NCBI RefSeq assembly: GCF_001194135.2
Contig: NC_068984.1
Coordinates: 75,696,013 to 75,738,938 of the forward strand
DNA: 42,926 bases
Direction of reading: 5' to 3'
DNA from: Octopus bimaculoides
Lineage: Eukaryota
Below the pieces are notes generated by a model. That model saw nothing but the letters and a program-made list of their open reading frames with translations. It made no database searches and had not been told where the DNA came from. Numbering within the stretch: the first letter of the stretch is position 1; every line of letters begins with the position of its first letter. Both the position numbers and the translations under genes were made by a program. Positions 23,951 through 36,255 of this stretch are shown piece by piece.

Positions 23951-24540
23951 TACGAGGGGTGTATGAAAAGTCTTGAGCCTCAAAAAAGCAAAACATGGTT
24001 CAAGACTTTTGATGGTTTATTTTTCAACATAGTCCCCCTCGATGGCTGAACACTTTCTCGGAGGCGTTTCAGTAGCTGAGAATAATACAGCCCTGTCACG
24101 GTGTGACCCTTTTCAAGGTAATCGATCAGCAAGACACTTGAGAATAAAACAAAAACGGATGTCATGACCTTGCCAGCTGAAGGCATGACCTTGATCTTCT
24201 TTGGAGTAGGAGAAGATGTGTGCTTCCACTGCTTTGATTGTTATTTGGTTTCAGGCTGGTAGTGATGAACCCAACTTTCGTCCATAGTAATGCAACGAGC
24301 AAGAAAATTCTCTTCATCGGCTTCAAACAGTTCCAGATTGCTCGTGGACAAAGTGCACCTGGTGTGTTTCTGTTCGGGAGTCAAGAGGCGAGGGATCCAC
24401 CTTGCGGAAACCTTTGAGAACCCAAGTTCTTTTCTAACAATGTCGTCTGCTCTTTTATGACAGCACGATACTCAGTTTTTTCTATTTTACTTGTAACCTC
24501 GACACTTGTTCATTCAAAAATCTGCAACAAAAAAAATTAA
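23951..24540 (-). mobile_element. Defective mariner (Tc1/mariner, irritans-like TIR) with two internal deletions
   Basis: Minus-strand translation: (ATA for ATG) EKTEYRAVIK | deletion | ADDIVRKELGFSKVSARWIPRLLTPEQK...TMDESWVHHYQPETK*QSKQWKH...PSAGKVMTSVF...IDYLEKGHTVTGLYYSQLLKRLRE | deletion | KCSAIEGDYVEK*. WVPR-like motif and first catalytic D are present. One TIR, TA-CGAGGGGTGTATGAAAAGTCTTGAGCC, at 23951; the other TIR was not found. Confidence 0.92.
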
Positions 24541-25225
24541 ATAAAAATATCAGAATCATGAAAATGATGCATATGGCTAGATTATCTTTAAGTATGAAGA
24601 TCAGGGTAAGAAAGGACACGTTTAGACATTGGGCTAAACATCAAGAACGACAACAATATCATTACCATCGATATCACCAACAACATTGAACCACGTGAGA
24701 GGGCTTTCAGTCTCCACCTCAACCAAACCGCAGAACCGGAAACAGAATACCAACTGGCACTCTTTCAAGATACTGGAAAAATTCGTGCAAGACTTTGATT
24801 GAGTTAAATTGTTGCTTTGTTTGTAAGCAAAACATTAATTGTAACTTTTTTCTTTTAAATGGATAGACAAATAGAAAAATCTTCCGAGATTGGTGAGAGA
24901 AAAGAGAAAAATTCATTCTCAGACAGGATAGTTGACCCGAATATTTTGCACTGGAATGGACTCGACCTAAGTAGCCGAGGACCATGTGATGACATTCGGT
25001 GACAAAGTCTAACACGCGTTTTTTCTAAAATCAGGACTTTCAGAGTCAATGGAGATAAGAATGGCGGAGAGAAAGAAATCATCACTAAACTATATATACC
25101 TAGCCCGACTAATGCAATAATATGAACTCTGATAAAGAGCATGCAGTGGTGTTAAACTTGGTCGATGGATAAGCGTATATTTTTACCTGCAGCCAAAGTA
25201 ACAACACCACACACACACACACACT

Positions 25226-25269
<44 letters not shown>

Positions 25270-25404
25270 CTCTACCTCTCTCTCTCTCTTTCTCTTTCTC
25301 TCCCTACCTTTCTCTTTCTATCTCTATCTTCCTTTCCCTCCCCTTCTTTCTTTCTTTTAGCCTTTCTTCTCCATTCAGATGATAAGTAAAGAAGGACTCG
25401 TTAT

Positions 25405-25548
25405 ATTATATTCTCTGTTCATGGCGCTGGAACTTATCAAACCGTTCCACCGACACTCTTATATGAACTAATTATAACTGACGCAGATCACCGCCAGTCT
25501 TCTCGGTGTGCAGATTTCACAGCTGATTGTCAGGCACCCCGTTCCACT
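25405..25548 (+). mobile_element. Possible CR1/L2-type ORF2 C-terminal remnant
   Basis: VHG..YQTVPPTLLY...HRQSSRCADFTADCQAPRST loosely matches the post-RT segment of CR1/L2 ORF2; cut by a gap. Confidence 0.3.
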
Positions 25549-26158
25549 NNNNNNNNNNNNNNNNNNNNNNNNNNNNNNNNNNNNNNNNNNNNNNNNNNNN
25601 NNNNNNNNNNNNNNNNNNNNNNNNNNNNNNNNNNNNNNNNNNNNNNNNNNNNNNNNNNNNNNNNNNNNNNNNNNNNNNNNNNNNNNNNNNNNNNNNNNNN
25701 NNNNNNNNNNNNNNNNNNNNNNNNNNNNNNNNNNNNNNNNNNNNNNNNNNNNNNNNNNNNNNNNNNNNNNNNNNNNNNNNNNNNNNNNNNNNNNNNNNNN
25801 NNNNNNNNNNNNNNNNNNNNNNNNNNNNNNNNNNNNNNNNNNNNNNNNNNNNNNNNNNNNNNNNNNNNNNNNNNNNNNNNNNNNNNNNNNNNNNNNNNNN
25901 NNNNNNNNNNNNNNNNNNNNNNNNNNNNNNNNNNNNNNNNNNNNNNNNNNNNNNNNNNNNNNNNNNNNNNNNNNNNNNNNNNNNNNNNNNNNNNNNNNNN
26001 NNNNNNNNNNNNNNNNNNNNNNNNNNNNNNNNNNNNNNNNNNNNNNNNNNNNNNNNNNNNNNNNNNNNNNNNNNNNNNNNNNNNNNNNNNNNNNNNNNNN
26101 NNNNNNNNNNNNNNNNNNNNNNNNNNNNNNNNNNNNNNNNNNNNNNNNNNNNNNNNNN

Positions 26159-26189
<31 letters not shown>

Positions 26190-26226
26190 GACAGACAGAC
26201 AGAGGCAAGACAGACAGACAGAGGCA

Positions 26227-26305
<79 letters not shown>

Positions 26306-26803
26306 GTGTGTGAATATGTGTGCATGTTGTATGAATATACAAGCTTATATATATTCCTGAATGTTAATATGTATACTACAGTATGTATGTATACATTGCC
26401 CCACTCGTTTGTATATATGATTGTATGAATATATGATTTTTGCATGTATTATATTTAGTATGTGTGTGTATGCGTGTGAGAGAGAGTGTGTGAGTGCGTG
26501 TGCGTGTATGTGTGTGTGTGAGAGAAAGAGAGGTCTGTTTAAATGCGTGCCTTTGGTTTCTATTTTGGGTATAAATATTCAAGAACGTTAATATATACAC
26601 AGCATTATATATGCATGCTATTTGCTTTCATGTCTGTAGATATTAATGTATGTAGTCTTGTATAATATAAATAGTGCGTATGTGTATCCAGTTGTGTGCA
26701 GGTGCGTATCTGTGTGTGTGTGTGTGTGGCGAAAGAGGTTGTAATTTCTGTTTATATCTCTGTGTGTACCTGTTATATGTATGTGTATGTATTTTCCTAC
26801 ATG

Positions 26804-26857
<54 letters not shown>

Positions 26858-27139
26858 NNNNNNNNNNNNNNNNNNNNNNNNNNNNNNNNNNNNNNNNNNN
26901 NNNNNNNNNNNNNNNNNNNNNNNNNNNNNNNNNNNNNNNNNNNNNNNNNNNNNNNNNNNNNNNNNNNNNNNNNNNNNNNNNNNNNNNNNNNNNNNNNNNN
27001 NNNNNNNNNNNNNNNNNNNNNNNNNNNNNNNNNNNNNNNNNNNNNNNNNNNNNNNNNNNNNNNNNNNNNNNNNNNNNNNNNNNNNNNNNNNNNNNNNNNN
27101 NNNNNNNNNNNNNNNNTTTTTGTTATTGTTTTTTTTAAC

Positions 27140-27171
<32 letters not shown>

Positions 27172-27214
27172 CACATACACACACACACATATATATACAT
27201 ACACACGCACACAA

Positions 27215-27303
<89 letters not shown>

Positions 27304-27509
27304 CATATACATACATATATACATATACATACATATATACATACATACATATACATACATACATACATACATACACACATATATACATACATACACATGT
27401 ACATATATTCAAGTATACTGATATCTACACAGCCTTAAGTATGTATATATGCAAAGATGTGAGTATTTTTTAATACGCTATGTTACTGATTGAGATGTGT
27501 GTGTGTGCG

Positions 27510-27565
<56 letters not shown>
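26159..27565. repeat. Compound microsatellite block: (AGAC)n, (TG)n, (TA)n, (TACA)n
   Basis: Direct inspection; includes gap 26858-27116. Confidence 0.9.
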
Positions 27566-27568
<3 letters not shown>

Positions 27569-28207
27569 ATAGATTGTTGACAAGCAGATCACAAGCGTTT
27601 CGAGTTTTCTTTATCTCTCTTCAGGGATAGTAATGCCGTTACAAATTGTTACACAATATTTATAACTTGAGTCATAAAAAAAAAATATTCGATGTCAAAC
27701 AAAAATAAAAATGAAAACAAATTCTAAGGCATAATATAGAACGCGTATTTCTAAGAGTTTTATTTGCATTTCCATGTAAAGGAACTCGTATAAGGATTTT
27801 ATAAGGTGGGAAAACGATGCCACATAAAAGATCATCAAAACAATAATTAAATGTTTTAATAACCAGTTTAAATATTTAATCAGCAATCAATAAAAACCGA
27901 TGCTTTTATAACATCGAACTTCATGAAAATCGAGATAATTTAGAGATTTCGCTATTCAAGGTGACTAACTCTTGCTTATTACGATTCTTTGAACAAATAA
28001 TAGTTGGTTTTTATTTATTCAAAAAAAAGATTAATTGAAATTTAAATCTAGCTTCATGTTGTTTAAAGAATAATGTATAGCAGTTATGCAGAAAACAGAT
28101 CGCCACGTCGCGATAAGGCCTATGTACTTGGTAAACACAAATCCTATCGATACAGTTCGATTTTAGAATCTCCTAATATGATAATGAACGTAGTGTTATT
28201 ATATATT

Positions 28208-28240
<33 letters not shown>

Positions 28241-28938
28241 NNNNNNNNNNNNNNNNNNNNNNNNNNNNNNNNNNNNNNNNNNNNNNNNNNNNNNNNNNNN
28301 NNNNNNNNNNNNNNNNNNNNNNNNNNNNNNNNNNNNNNNNNNNNNNNNNNNNNNNNNNNNNNNNNNNNNNNNNNNNNNNNNNNNNNNNNNNNNNNNNNNN
28401 NNNNNNNNNNNNNNNNNNNNNNNNNNNNNNNNNNNNNNNNNNNNNNNNNNNNNNNNNNNNNNNNNNNNNNNNNNNNNNNNNNNNNNNNNNNNNNNNNNNN
28501 NNNNNNNNNNNNNNNNNNNNNNNNNNNNNNNNNNNNNNNNNNNNNNNNNNNNNNNNNNNNNNNNNNNNNNNNNNNNNNNNNNNNNNNNNNNNNNNNNNNN
28601 NNNNNNNNNNNNNNNNNNNNNNNNNNNNNNNNNNNNNNNNNNNNNNNNNNNNNNNNNNNNNNNNNNNNNNNNNNNNNNNNNNNNNNNNNNNNNNNNNNNN
28701 NNNNNNNNNNNNNNNNNNNNNNNNNNNNNNNNNNNNNNNNNNNNNNNNNNNNNNNNNNNNNNNNNNNNNNNNNNNNNNNNNNNNNNNNNNNNNNNNNNNN
28801 NNNNNNNNNNNNNNCAACGCTGAAAAGAAAAATCAAACAGCATTTCAACTCTGAGTATGTGTGTATGTCTGTGCATGTACAAGGGATGTATGTGAATGTT
28901 TGTATCTGCGATTATTATGTACCTTATTTTATACCTTA

Positions 28939-28994
28939 TTTATATATAAAATACTACAATTAGCCGTCATTTTTGACGGCACGGGGTCAGCTAG
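28939..28994 (+). mobile_element. Helitron 3' terminus (possibly a minimal element)
   Basis: Perfect hairpin GCCGTCA-TTTT-TGACGGC (28963-28980), 10-nt spacer, CTAG (28991-28994), then T: the canonical Helitron 3' end geometry. Confidence 0.7.
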
Positions 28995-29796
28995 TACTTA
29001 AAGAATACACAACGGTGGTTGTGCTGCTTTAGAAAGCTTGTCAGATCATTATCAACCGTTTCCCTGTTCAAAGCATTTTCATATATTTCTCCTAAACTTT
29101 CATGCTTGTTTTCTGTCTTTCAGTGAGCCCTAGTTTCAAACCTTCTGAGTAATACAAAGCTTTCTTTCATATGTTCCAAGTTACTCTATTAGTTGAAAAA
29201 AAACTAGGAATATGTATTATATACAATGCATGGATACCAGGGAAATATGGGATATCTTGTGTATCACATCGGATACACAGGACTGGAGAAAGGTTGAAGC
29301 AATACGTTTGCAGTGAACATATCTTTGATATTTTTTATAATACGTTTAACATTACCTCATAAGCGTTGTCTACTACCAACTTTGTCCAGCCATCCGTACC
29401 CATTAGGGCTATCGAAGAAAATATTCCCAGTATCCGTTGAACATATAGCAAGGGGGTTTGAAATATAAAAACCACGGGCTTCCTCGGTGTTTCCATCCAC
29501 CAAATTCTCTCACAATTTCATTGTAGGCTTGTTTTGGTTAATATTAGGTCAAATATTTTTTTGTCCAGTGAAAAGTATCAGTAATGGAGAATACATCAAA
29601 ACTAAGCTTTGTTATTCTCTCATCAGTTGTTTTGTTGCTGACCAATGTTAGTTGACTGTGATTGAAATGAGTAGACTTATAAATCCCGCTTTATTTCCCA
29701 AAATAATGTTTTTACACTTTTAAAAATTTCAGATGTTTTTACCTTAAGAAGACGAAAGCCGTTGAGTGTAATTTGCTGAAGATCTGGATAGTATTC

Positions 29797-30096
29797 GACC
29801 AAAGCCTTGAGTGGATTTGGTAGACGGAAACTGAAAGAAGCACGTCGTATATATGTATATATATATATATATATGTATGTCTGTGTATGTGTGTCTGTGT
29901 TTGTCCCCCCCACCCCCAACATCGCTTGACAACCGATGCTGGTGTGTTTATGTCCCCGTAACTTAGCGGTTCGGCAAAAGAGACCGATAGAATAAGTAGT
30001 AGGCTTACAAATAATAAGTCCTGGGGTCGATTTGCTCGACTAAAGGCGGTGCTCCAGCATGGCCACAGTCAAAAGACCGAAACAAGTAAAAGAGTA
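29797..30096 (+). mobile_element. SINE family A, 5'-truncated, with internal microsatellite and intact right arm
   Basis: CGACCAAAGCC...GAAAGAAGCACGTCG-(TA)n-GTTTGTCCCC...GGGGTCGATTTGCTCGACTAAAGGCGGTGCTCCAGCATGGCC...GAAACAAGTAAAAGAG. Confidence 0.9.
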
Positions 30097-30689
30097 TATT
30101 TGGTAATCTGGTAAAGATTTTTTTGATAACTCATTGCTTTGATTATTGTTGGTACTATTGTTGCTGTTGTTGTTGTTGCTGTTGTTGTTGTTGTTGTTGC
30201 TGTTGGTGTTGTTGCTGTTGTTATTGTTGGTAATGTTACCGCTGTCATCGTTGTCCTTATTGTTGTCGTCATCGTCATCGTTGTTGCTGTTTAGCTTCAC
30301 GTCAGCCCTACAATCCCACTCATAACCATCTCATTTTTTTTTTCTTTCTCAAGCATAGTATATCTAGACTACACTATGCAATACATCGCAACTCTTTCGA
30401 TACTACCGTATGCAATTTAAGGAAGACTTGACTACTGTTTCGTGTATTTCATGTAACTACATAAAGGATATTTCACTGGAGTAGCACGATTTTTTTATAT
30501 ATGTGTTTTTTTATTCTTTCGGACCCATTGGGCAGACATATGATCAGACGTATTTCAGATATGACCAACCCGTCTTTTTCTGCATTTAACACATCTGCCA
30601 ATACACCCTTCCCTTAAAAAAAAAATACTGTAAGCTGCTATCTGTAGCGTCCCCAGAGACCATACAGAAACATACCCTATAGTATCTTT

Positions 30690-31010
30690 TTTAGCCTGGT
30701 ACTTATTCTATCATTCACTTTTGCCGAACCATTAAGTTACTGGGGTCGTAAACAGCATGGGGACAAACACAGACACACCGACAAATACACACATATATAT
30801 ATATACATATATATACACACATATATATACACACATATATAAACACACACACACACATTTCTTTAATTTTCCGCCTACCAAATCCGCTCGCAAGGTTTTG
30901 GTCGGCCCGAGGCTATAGTAGAAGACACTTGCCCAAAGTGCCACACAATGGGACTGAACCCAGAACCATGTGGTGGGGAAGCAAACCTCTTACCACACAA
31001 CCACTCCTGC
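30690..31010 (-). mobile_element. SINE family A (head, core, microsatellite, partial right arm)
   Basis: Plus strand GGTCGGCCCGAGGCTATAGTAGAAGACACTTGCCCAA...GGGACTGAACCC...TTACCACACAACCACTCCTGC. Confidence 0.88.
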
Positions 31011-31794
31011 TGTGATTTCTCTTTGTTCACCATTCTGCGTATGGTTCTACCTCACAGCAAATAAAAAAAGTATGAACATTCCTTTACCATCTTTAACATT
31101 CCACTTCACGTTCCTCTTCCATTCTCTCTTCCATCTTCTCTATTTCCTTAGTTCTTGCTTCCTTTCTATTTTGTTTCTCTTTCTCTCTTTTACAGTGTTC
31201 CAATTCTTTTCACCCGCCTTCTCTGGTATCACCACTAGTGCTAGCAACACCACCACCACCGCCTCTGCCCCTTGTATTGTCTCCATCACTATCCCTACCA
31301 ATACCATTATCCCTACTACCACCGCAACCACTTCAACAGTAATCACCAGCATAAATAACACCATCGCCATAACAACCATATCACCACCACCCCCCACCAC
31401 CACCACCACCACCAAAACCACCATCACCACTATCACCACCAGCTTTATCGTCGCACCGTCCTCATCAGCTTCACTACAAGCAACGTCAATGCGACTAATA
31501 GCGCCACGTTTTCACCATCAATACCACTACCACGACTACCAACAACATTATCACCACCACCACCACCACCACCAGCAACACCAGCACAACTGCAGCCATC
31601 AGCAGCATCAACACCGCCGCCACCATAAATACTTCGGAGAAAATCTTCTGACCATTGTTACCAGGAGTCGAGAGTCGATTCTCTCACTAAAGTATTAAGT
31701 ATCAAGCTTCTGGAAGGTTCGTGATTTTCAACACAATTGGACGAAAATATTTTGTTCTGCAGTTGATCCATTGATTGCCAATTTNNNNNNNNNN

Positions 31795-31852
<58 letters not shown>

Positions 31853-32118
31853 TATGTATGTATATATATATATAAACATGTATGAATTCTGCGTATATTG
31901 ACGGATTTCCACATATATATCGAGTAAAAAGAGAATTCTTGCTGTATGATAAGTTTTGAACGTTATAAGATTATTATTACCCGAATGATGTTAAACTGTA
32001 TGTATGTATGTATGTATGTATGTGGGCGTGTGTGCGTGCGTCCGTGTGTCCGTGCGTCCGTCCGTGCGTCCGTGCGTCCGTGCGCGCGCGCGTGTGTGTG
32101 TGTGTGTACATATGTATA

Positions 32119-32145
32119 CTAGCAGAATCCCTGGGATGACCAGGC
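32119..32145 (-). mobile_element. Helitron-like 3' terminus on the minus strand
   Basis: Plus strand A|CTAG-CAGAATC-CCTGG-GATGA-CCAGG equals a hairpin followed by CTAG|T on the minus strand. The 5' end was not securely located. Confidence 0.55.
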
Positions 32146-33073
32146 TGAGAAGTAGTTATAAATTGTTAAGATATGTTCTTAATAAAGTCATTTTCTACGT
32201 GATGGAATAGTCTTTGGTTTCTCTTTCCTCTCCAGTTATAGCAGTCTGGTGTCTAATACACCGTGCTACAATTTAATAGTATATTTTGTAATTTAATTAT
32301 AAAAAATCACATATAACTAATTGAAAACTGTTAAGCAGAGATATAAGATTAACCAAAGTAAAAACTGTTTTATTCAATTTGAAACTATTTTTGAACTTAA
32401 TGTTTTATTTGTTATTCTTGAAATATTTTAATTCTTATATTTTAAGTAGAAACCGTAATTTTAGATGAATCACTCTTAGAAATAAGGCTATTCTCGAATA
32501 TGTGGAAACTGGAGTGTCCACAGGAAATCCACATACTCAAATATCAGAACTGCAATGCATGCATTATTAATGAATTGTTAAGATTCATGATGAGCTTCAG
32601 CTTATATTGATATTATATCTGTGGTCTTAATAACATTGTAAATTCTGAACGTTCACGTCATTCTTTTAGGATACACAATATTTTAAGTTTTATCGATAGG
32701 GATTATGGCGGTGACCATCTAGTGATGATCTAACATAAAACTGACCACGAGCAAACCAGGTTCCTCAAGTTGTAATCCAGCAAAAAATATTGTTTGCCCT
32801 TGAGATTTATTGATTGATAAGGCAAAGATTAATGTTCAGGAGACTGTATATTCTAATTCAAAAGGTCATATCTGAAGGAATGAATATCTTTCTAGATAAA
32901 ATTACAACCTTTCTTTTGTGCAACAAGTGAGAATATTAGCCTCAATAAGTAGTGAAACAAGCTTCTTATCCTAGAGCCTTGCATCATTGCATAGCTGTGA
33001 CTGGTCCTATTTATGTATTAGCATTATTAAGGATCCTTATTTCTTATTCACAACATTTCTTATTGATTTGTAG

Positions 33074-33200
33074 GTAAGACTGCTTGCGGGAGTGCCTCTA
33101 CGCCTGCCAGCTTACCAGATTATGCTGTTGGCCGTGGCATTTTTGAAAGCAAGTCTACCTGATTCACATGGCTATTTGTGTAGTAGCAATAAAATTGCAG
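33074..33200 (+). CDS. Candidate exon of unknown product (speculative)
   Basis: Pyrimidine-rich ...TTGATTTGTAG| acceptor and GCAG|GTAAGA donor; open frame VRLLAGVPLRLPAYQIMLLAVAFLKASLPDSHGYLCSSNKIA(G). No homology recognised. Confidence 0.2.
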
Positions 33201-33450
33201 GTAAGAGAACACCTTCCAAATCAATTTGTCTGCTGTCTTAACACTGGGTCAATGGCGCCATTTCTGTCATCGGGAGTATTATTTTACCAACTTGTAATCA
33301 ATGTTTGGCAAACTGACCAGACAGCTAATGTCCAAAATGATGGATCTTCGTGTTACAGGTAGGTTGAAGATTTTAACTTCGATGTAAATTTATGATTATT
33401 TAAGGCAAACGTGAATTTCATTGACTTTTGTTCTTTTGAATTAGTCGCAG

Positions 33451-33624
33451 GATCAGACGAAAGTTACCTCAGAGTACCTCCAATTTATGAACTGTTATCA
33501 GATGTCGACAACGACAAGAAACTTTCTTATATGCAATTGTCCTTTTATACCAGACAATCATTTGGAATTCCGTGCCCGGTTCTCGAATTCTTTGTATTGT
33601 TGCAAACAGATGCACCATTTAGAC
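33451..33624 (+). CDS. Candidate 174-nt symmetric exon of unknown product (speculative)
   Basis: TTGACTTTTGTTCTTTTGAATTAGTCGCAG| acceptor and GAC|GTGAGT donor; open in phase 1 (SDESYLRVPPIYELLSDVDNDKKLSYMQ...DAPFR) and in phase 0. No homology recognised. Confidence 0.3.
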
Positions 33625-33898
33625 GTGAGTGACGCAAAAACATAAAAGCAGAACGTGTTCATTCAATTTTTGTATAATTCCTCATCATCTTTTTCAAGTG
33701 TGATTGAATGGGTCAGAAACGGTGATGGGGTGAATTAAACTTCGTGAAGTATTTCTACAATCTAATTTCAAATCTCCTAGGAATCACGTTTATTTTGTCA
33801 TCTTTCTGTACACGATGGAATAAGTACTAGTAAAATGCTGGGGGTTAATTAATTAAAGGTCACATTTTTTCCTAAAATGATACCCTTGTGTCATTGTC

Positions 33899-34070
33899 AG
33901 AAATGATTAGCGTTACCGTTGATGCATTAAAGTTCGCTGAGGTCAATTTTGCCGTTCATCCTTTCGTGGTCGATAAAATGAAGTACCAGTGAAGTACAGA
34001 ATTGATGGACAACCACGAACCCCTCCCCTCAAAATTGCTGACATTATGCCTAAATCAGAAAGCATTATTA
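33899..34070 (+). mobile_element. SINE family B, degenerate
   Basis: GAGGTCAATTTTGCCGTTCATCCTTTCGTGGTCGATAAAATGAAGTACCAG...CCCTCCCCTCAAAATTGCTG. Confidence 0.75.
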
Positions 34071-34344
34071 CTGTTGCCGTTGAGGGCAATTGAGGTTTGG
34101 AGATGATGTTCTGATTTGCTTTATGTTGTTATCCCATTCGGGAATTTTATTACATATATTGCTTATCACTTTTTAAATATTTTTAATGACAATTATCAGA
34201 CAGTTTATTACATTCCACCATCTATCTATCTCTCCACCCCTCCCTCCCCTCTCTCTCTCTCTCTTCTATCTAGATGTCACACCATGAACTTATCCGCCAT
34301 ATATTTGTAACGAATAAATAAGAAAAATACCACTGCCGTCATCA

Positions 34345-34690
34345 TCGCCTTCTATATCAGCATCATCATCATCATCATCATCATCGTTGTAACNNNNNNN
34401 NNNTCATCATCATCATCATCATCAGATCCTTGATTATCAACATTATCAGTCATCTTCGTTATTATACCGTCATCATCATCTCCATCACCATAAACATTAT
34501 CGCTGTCATTATAAACATTGTCGCTATAATCATCACTATAATCATCACCGTCATCATCATCATCGTCATCATTATCAGCAACACCACCANNNNNNNNNNC
34601 CGTCATCATCGCCTTCTATATCAGCATCATCATCATCATCATCATCATCGTTGTAACATTTTTCATTTGCAGTTGTTGCTATTACATTCT

Positions 34691-34735
<45 letters not shown>

Positions 34736-34821
34736 TAATTTCGCACCGTCTTAATATTCTTTCATTACCATCATCGCCACCATTATCACCATCATCATCA
34801 ATATCGTTATAAGCATCATCG

Positions 34822-34865
<44 letters not shown>

Positions 34866-34935
34866 TTCATCATCATCATCATCATCATCCTCATTATCAT
34901 CATCATCATCATTATCACCACCCCAACCGTCATAG

Positions 34936-34995
<60 letters not shown>

Positions 34996-35215
34996 GATCC
35001 TTGATTATCAACATTATCAGTCATCTTCGTTATTATACCGTCATCATCATCTCCATCACCATAAACATTATCGCTGTCATTATAAACATTGTCGCTATAA
35101 TCATCACTATAATCATCACCGTCATCATCATCATCGTCATCATTATCAGCAACACCACCATCACCAACGCCACCACCGCCATTCCTCCACAACCACCGCC
35201 AACTTCCATCGTACG
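34345..35215. repeat. Degenerate (ATC)n/(ACT)n triplet-repeat block
   Basis: Direct inspection; source of the poly-D, poly-M and poly-I ORFs. Confidence 0.9.
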
Positions 35216-35959
35216 TACGTACGTACGTACGTACAGTCTCCATTTTAAACATTCCTGCTAGCTAATAAGTATTGTTATTCTTTATAATATTACTATCGTT
35301 GTTGATATTGCTGTTATTATTAGCTTTGCTGTTATTATTTTTGTTGTTGTTTTCTAATTATCGAGCTGACCTCTACAGCCATCCCTCACAAACCTGCTCA
35401 CCGCTATCCCCCCCCCCCCACTTCCACATCCCCATGCTTTGCCATCGCCGGATGGCATGATCTCTTTAGTTTTCTTGTCTCAACTCAGACTGTTAAGCAT
35501 GATGGATGAGCCAGCCAAAATTGCTTTAGCACTTTACTACTTCTGCGTGAAACAATCAGCAACTCTCGTACCACCACCACCACCACTACCACCATGATTG
35601 TTGCCATTACTACCATTACTAACAAATACAATCACCACCAGCGAATACTATTGTCGTCAACACTATCCTTACCACCAAAAACAACGCCAATACTATCACT
35701 GCCAACAAACACTATCACAGCTACTATTATCACCACCACGAATACTACCACGACCACCAGTAGTATCGCCATCACCAATACTACCATCAACCAACAGACA
35801 CTATCACGGCAACACTATCACCACTAAGCAACACTATATCACCACCAACCAACCCACCCATCGACCTACAGGAACGCCACCACCAATACTATCACCCTCA
35901 ACCAACAAATACTGTCATGGCCGCTACCATCACCAACATGAATGCTATCACTACCATTC

Positions 35960-36175
35960 AGGTGGGCTGGTAGAATCGTTATCACGCCGGACAAAATGCT
36001 TAGCGGCATTTCGTCCGTCTTCACGTTCCGAGTTCAAATTACGCCGAGGTCAACTTTGCCTTTCATCCCCTCGGGGTCGATAAAATAGATACCAGTTGAA
36101 TACTAGGGTCGATGTAGCCGACCTACTCCCTCCTTTAAAACTGCTGGCCCTGTGCTAAAATATGAAACCAATATT
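35960..36175 (+). mobile_element. SINE family B
   Basis: GAATCGTTATCACGCCGGACAAAATGCTTAGCGGCATTTCG...GAGTTCAAAT...GGGGTCGATAAAATAG. Confidence 0.88.
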
Positions 36176-36255
36176 ATCACCACTATTAATGCTATCGCCA
36201 CTAAGAACTTTCTTAAGAGCAATACTAGAGTTTTTGTTTGTTTGTTTGTTTGTTT

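Noticed and set aside
24700-25130. Protein-like reading frames (MDRQIEKSSEIG...)
   Set aside because: Interrupted by stops and no family recognised.
4025-28963. Many long ORFs containing X runs
   Set aside because: They stay open only because N-gaps and dinucleotide repeats lack stop codons.
30970-31698. 242-aa ORF with Thr- and His-rich tracts
   Set aside because: It starts inside a SINE head and is built from CT-rich and (ACC)n/(CAC)n simple repeats.
32588-32875. C/D-box snoRNA-like motifs (RTGATGA ... CTGA)
   Set aside because: No terminal stem or recognisable guide sequence; such motifs are expected by chance in AT-rich DNA.
34336-35160. Interleaved duplications (34336-34393 = 34600-34657; 34404-34589 = 34975-35160)
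   Set aside because: Identical copies bounded by 10-N gaps; most likely a misplaced contig or second haplotype.
34575-35252. 225-aa Asp-rich ORF resembling acidic biomineralisation proteins
   Set aside because: It is the GAT frame of an (ATC)n block that is rarely closed by single mutations. It includes poly-V from (ACT)n, and the other frames give poly-M and poly-I.
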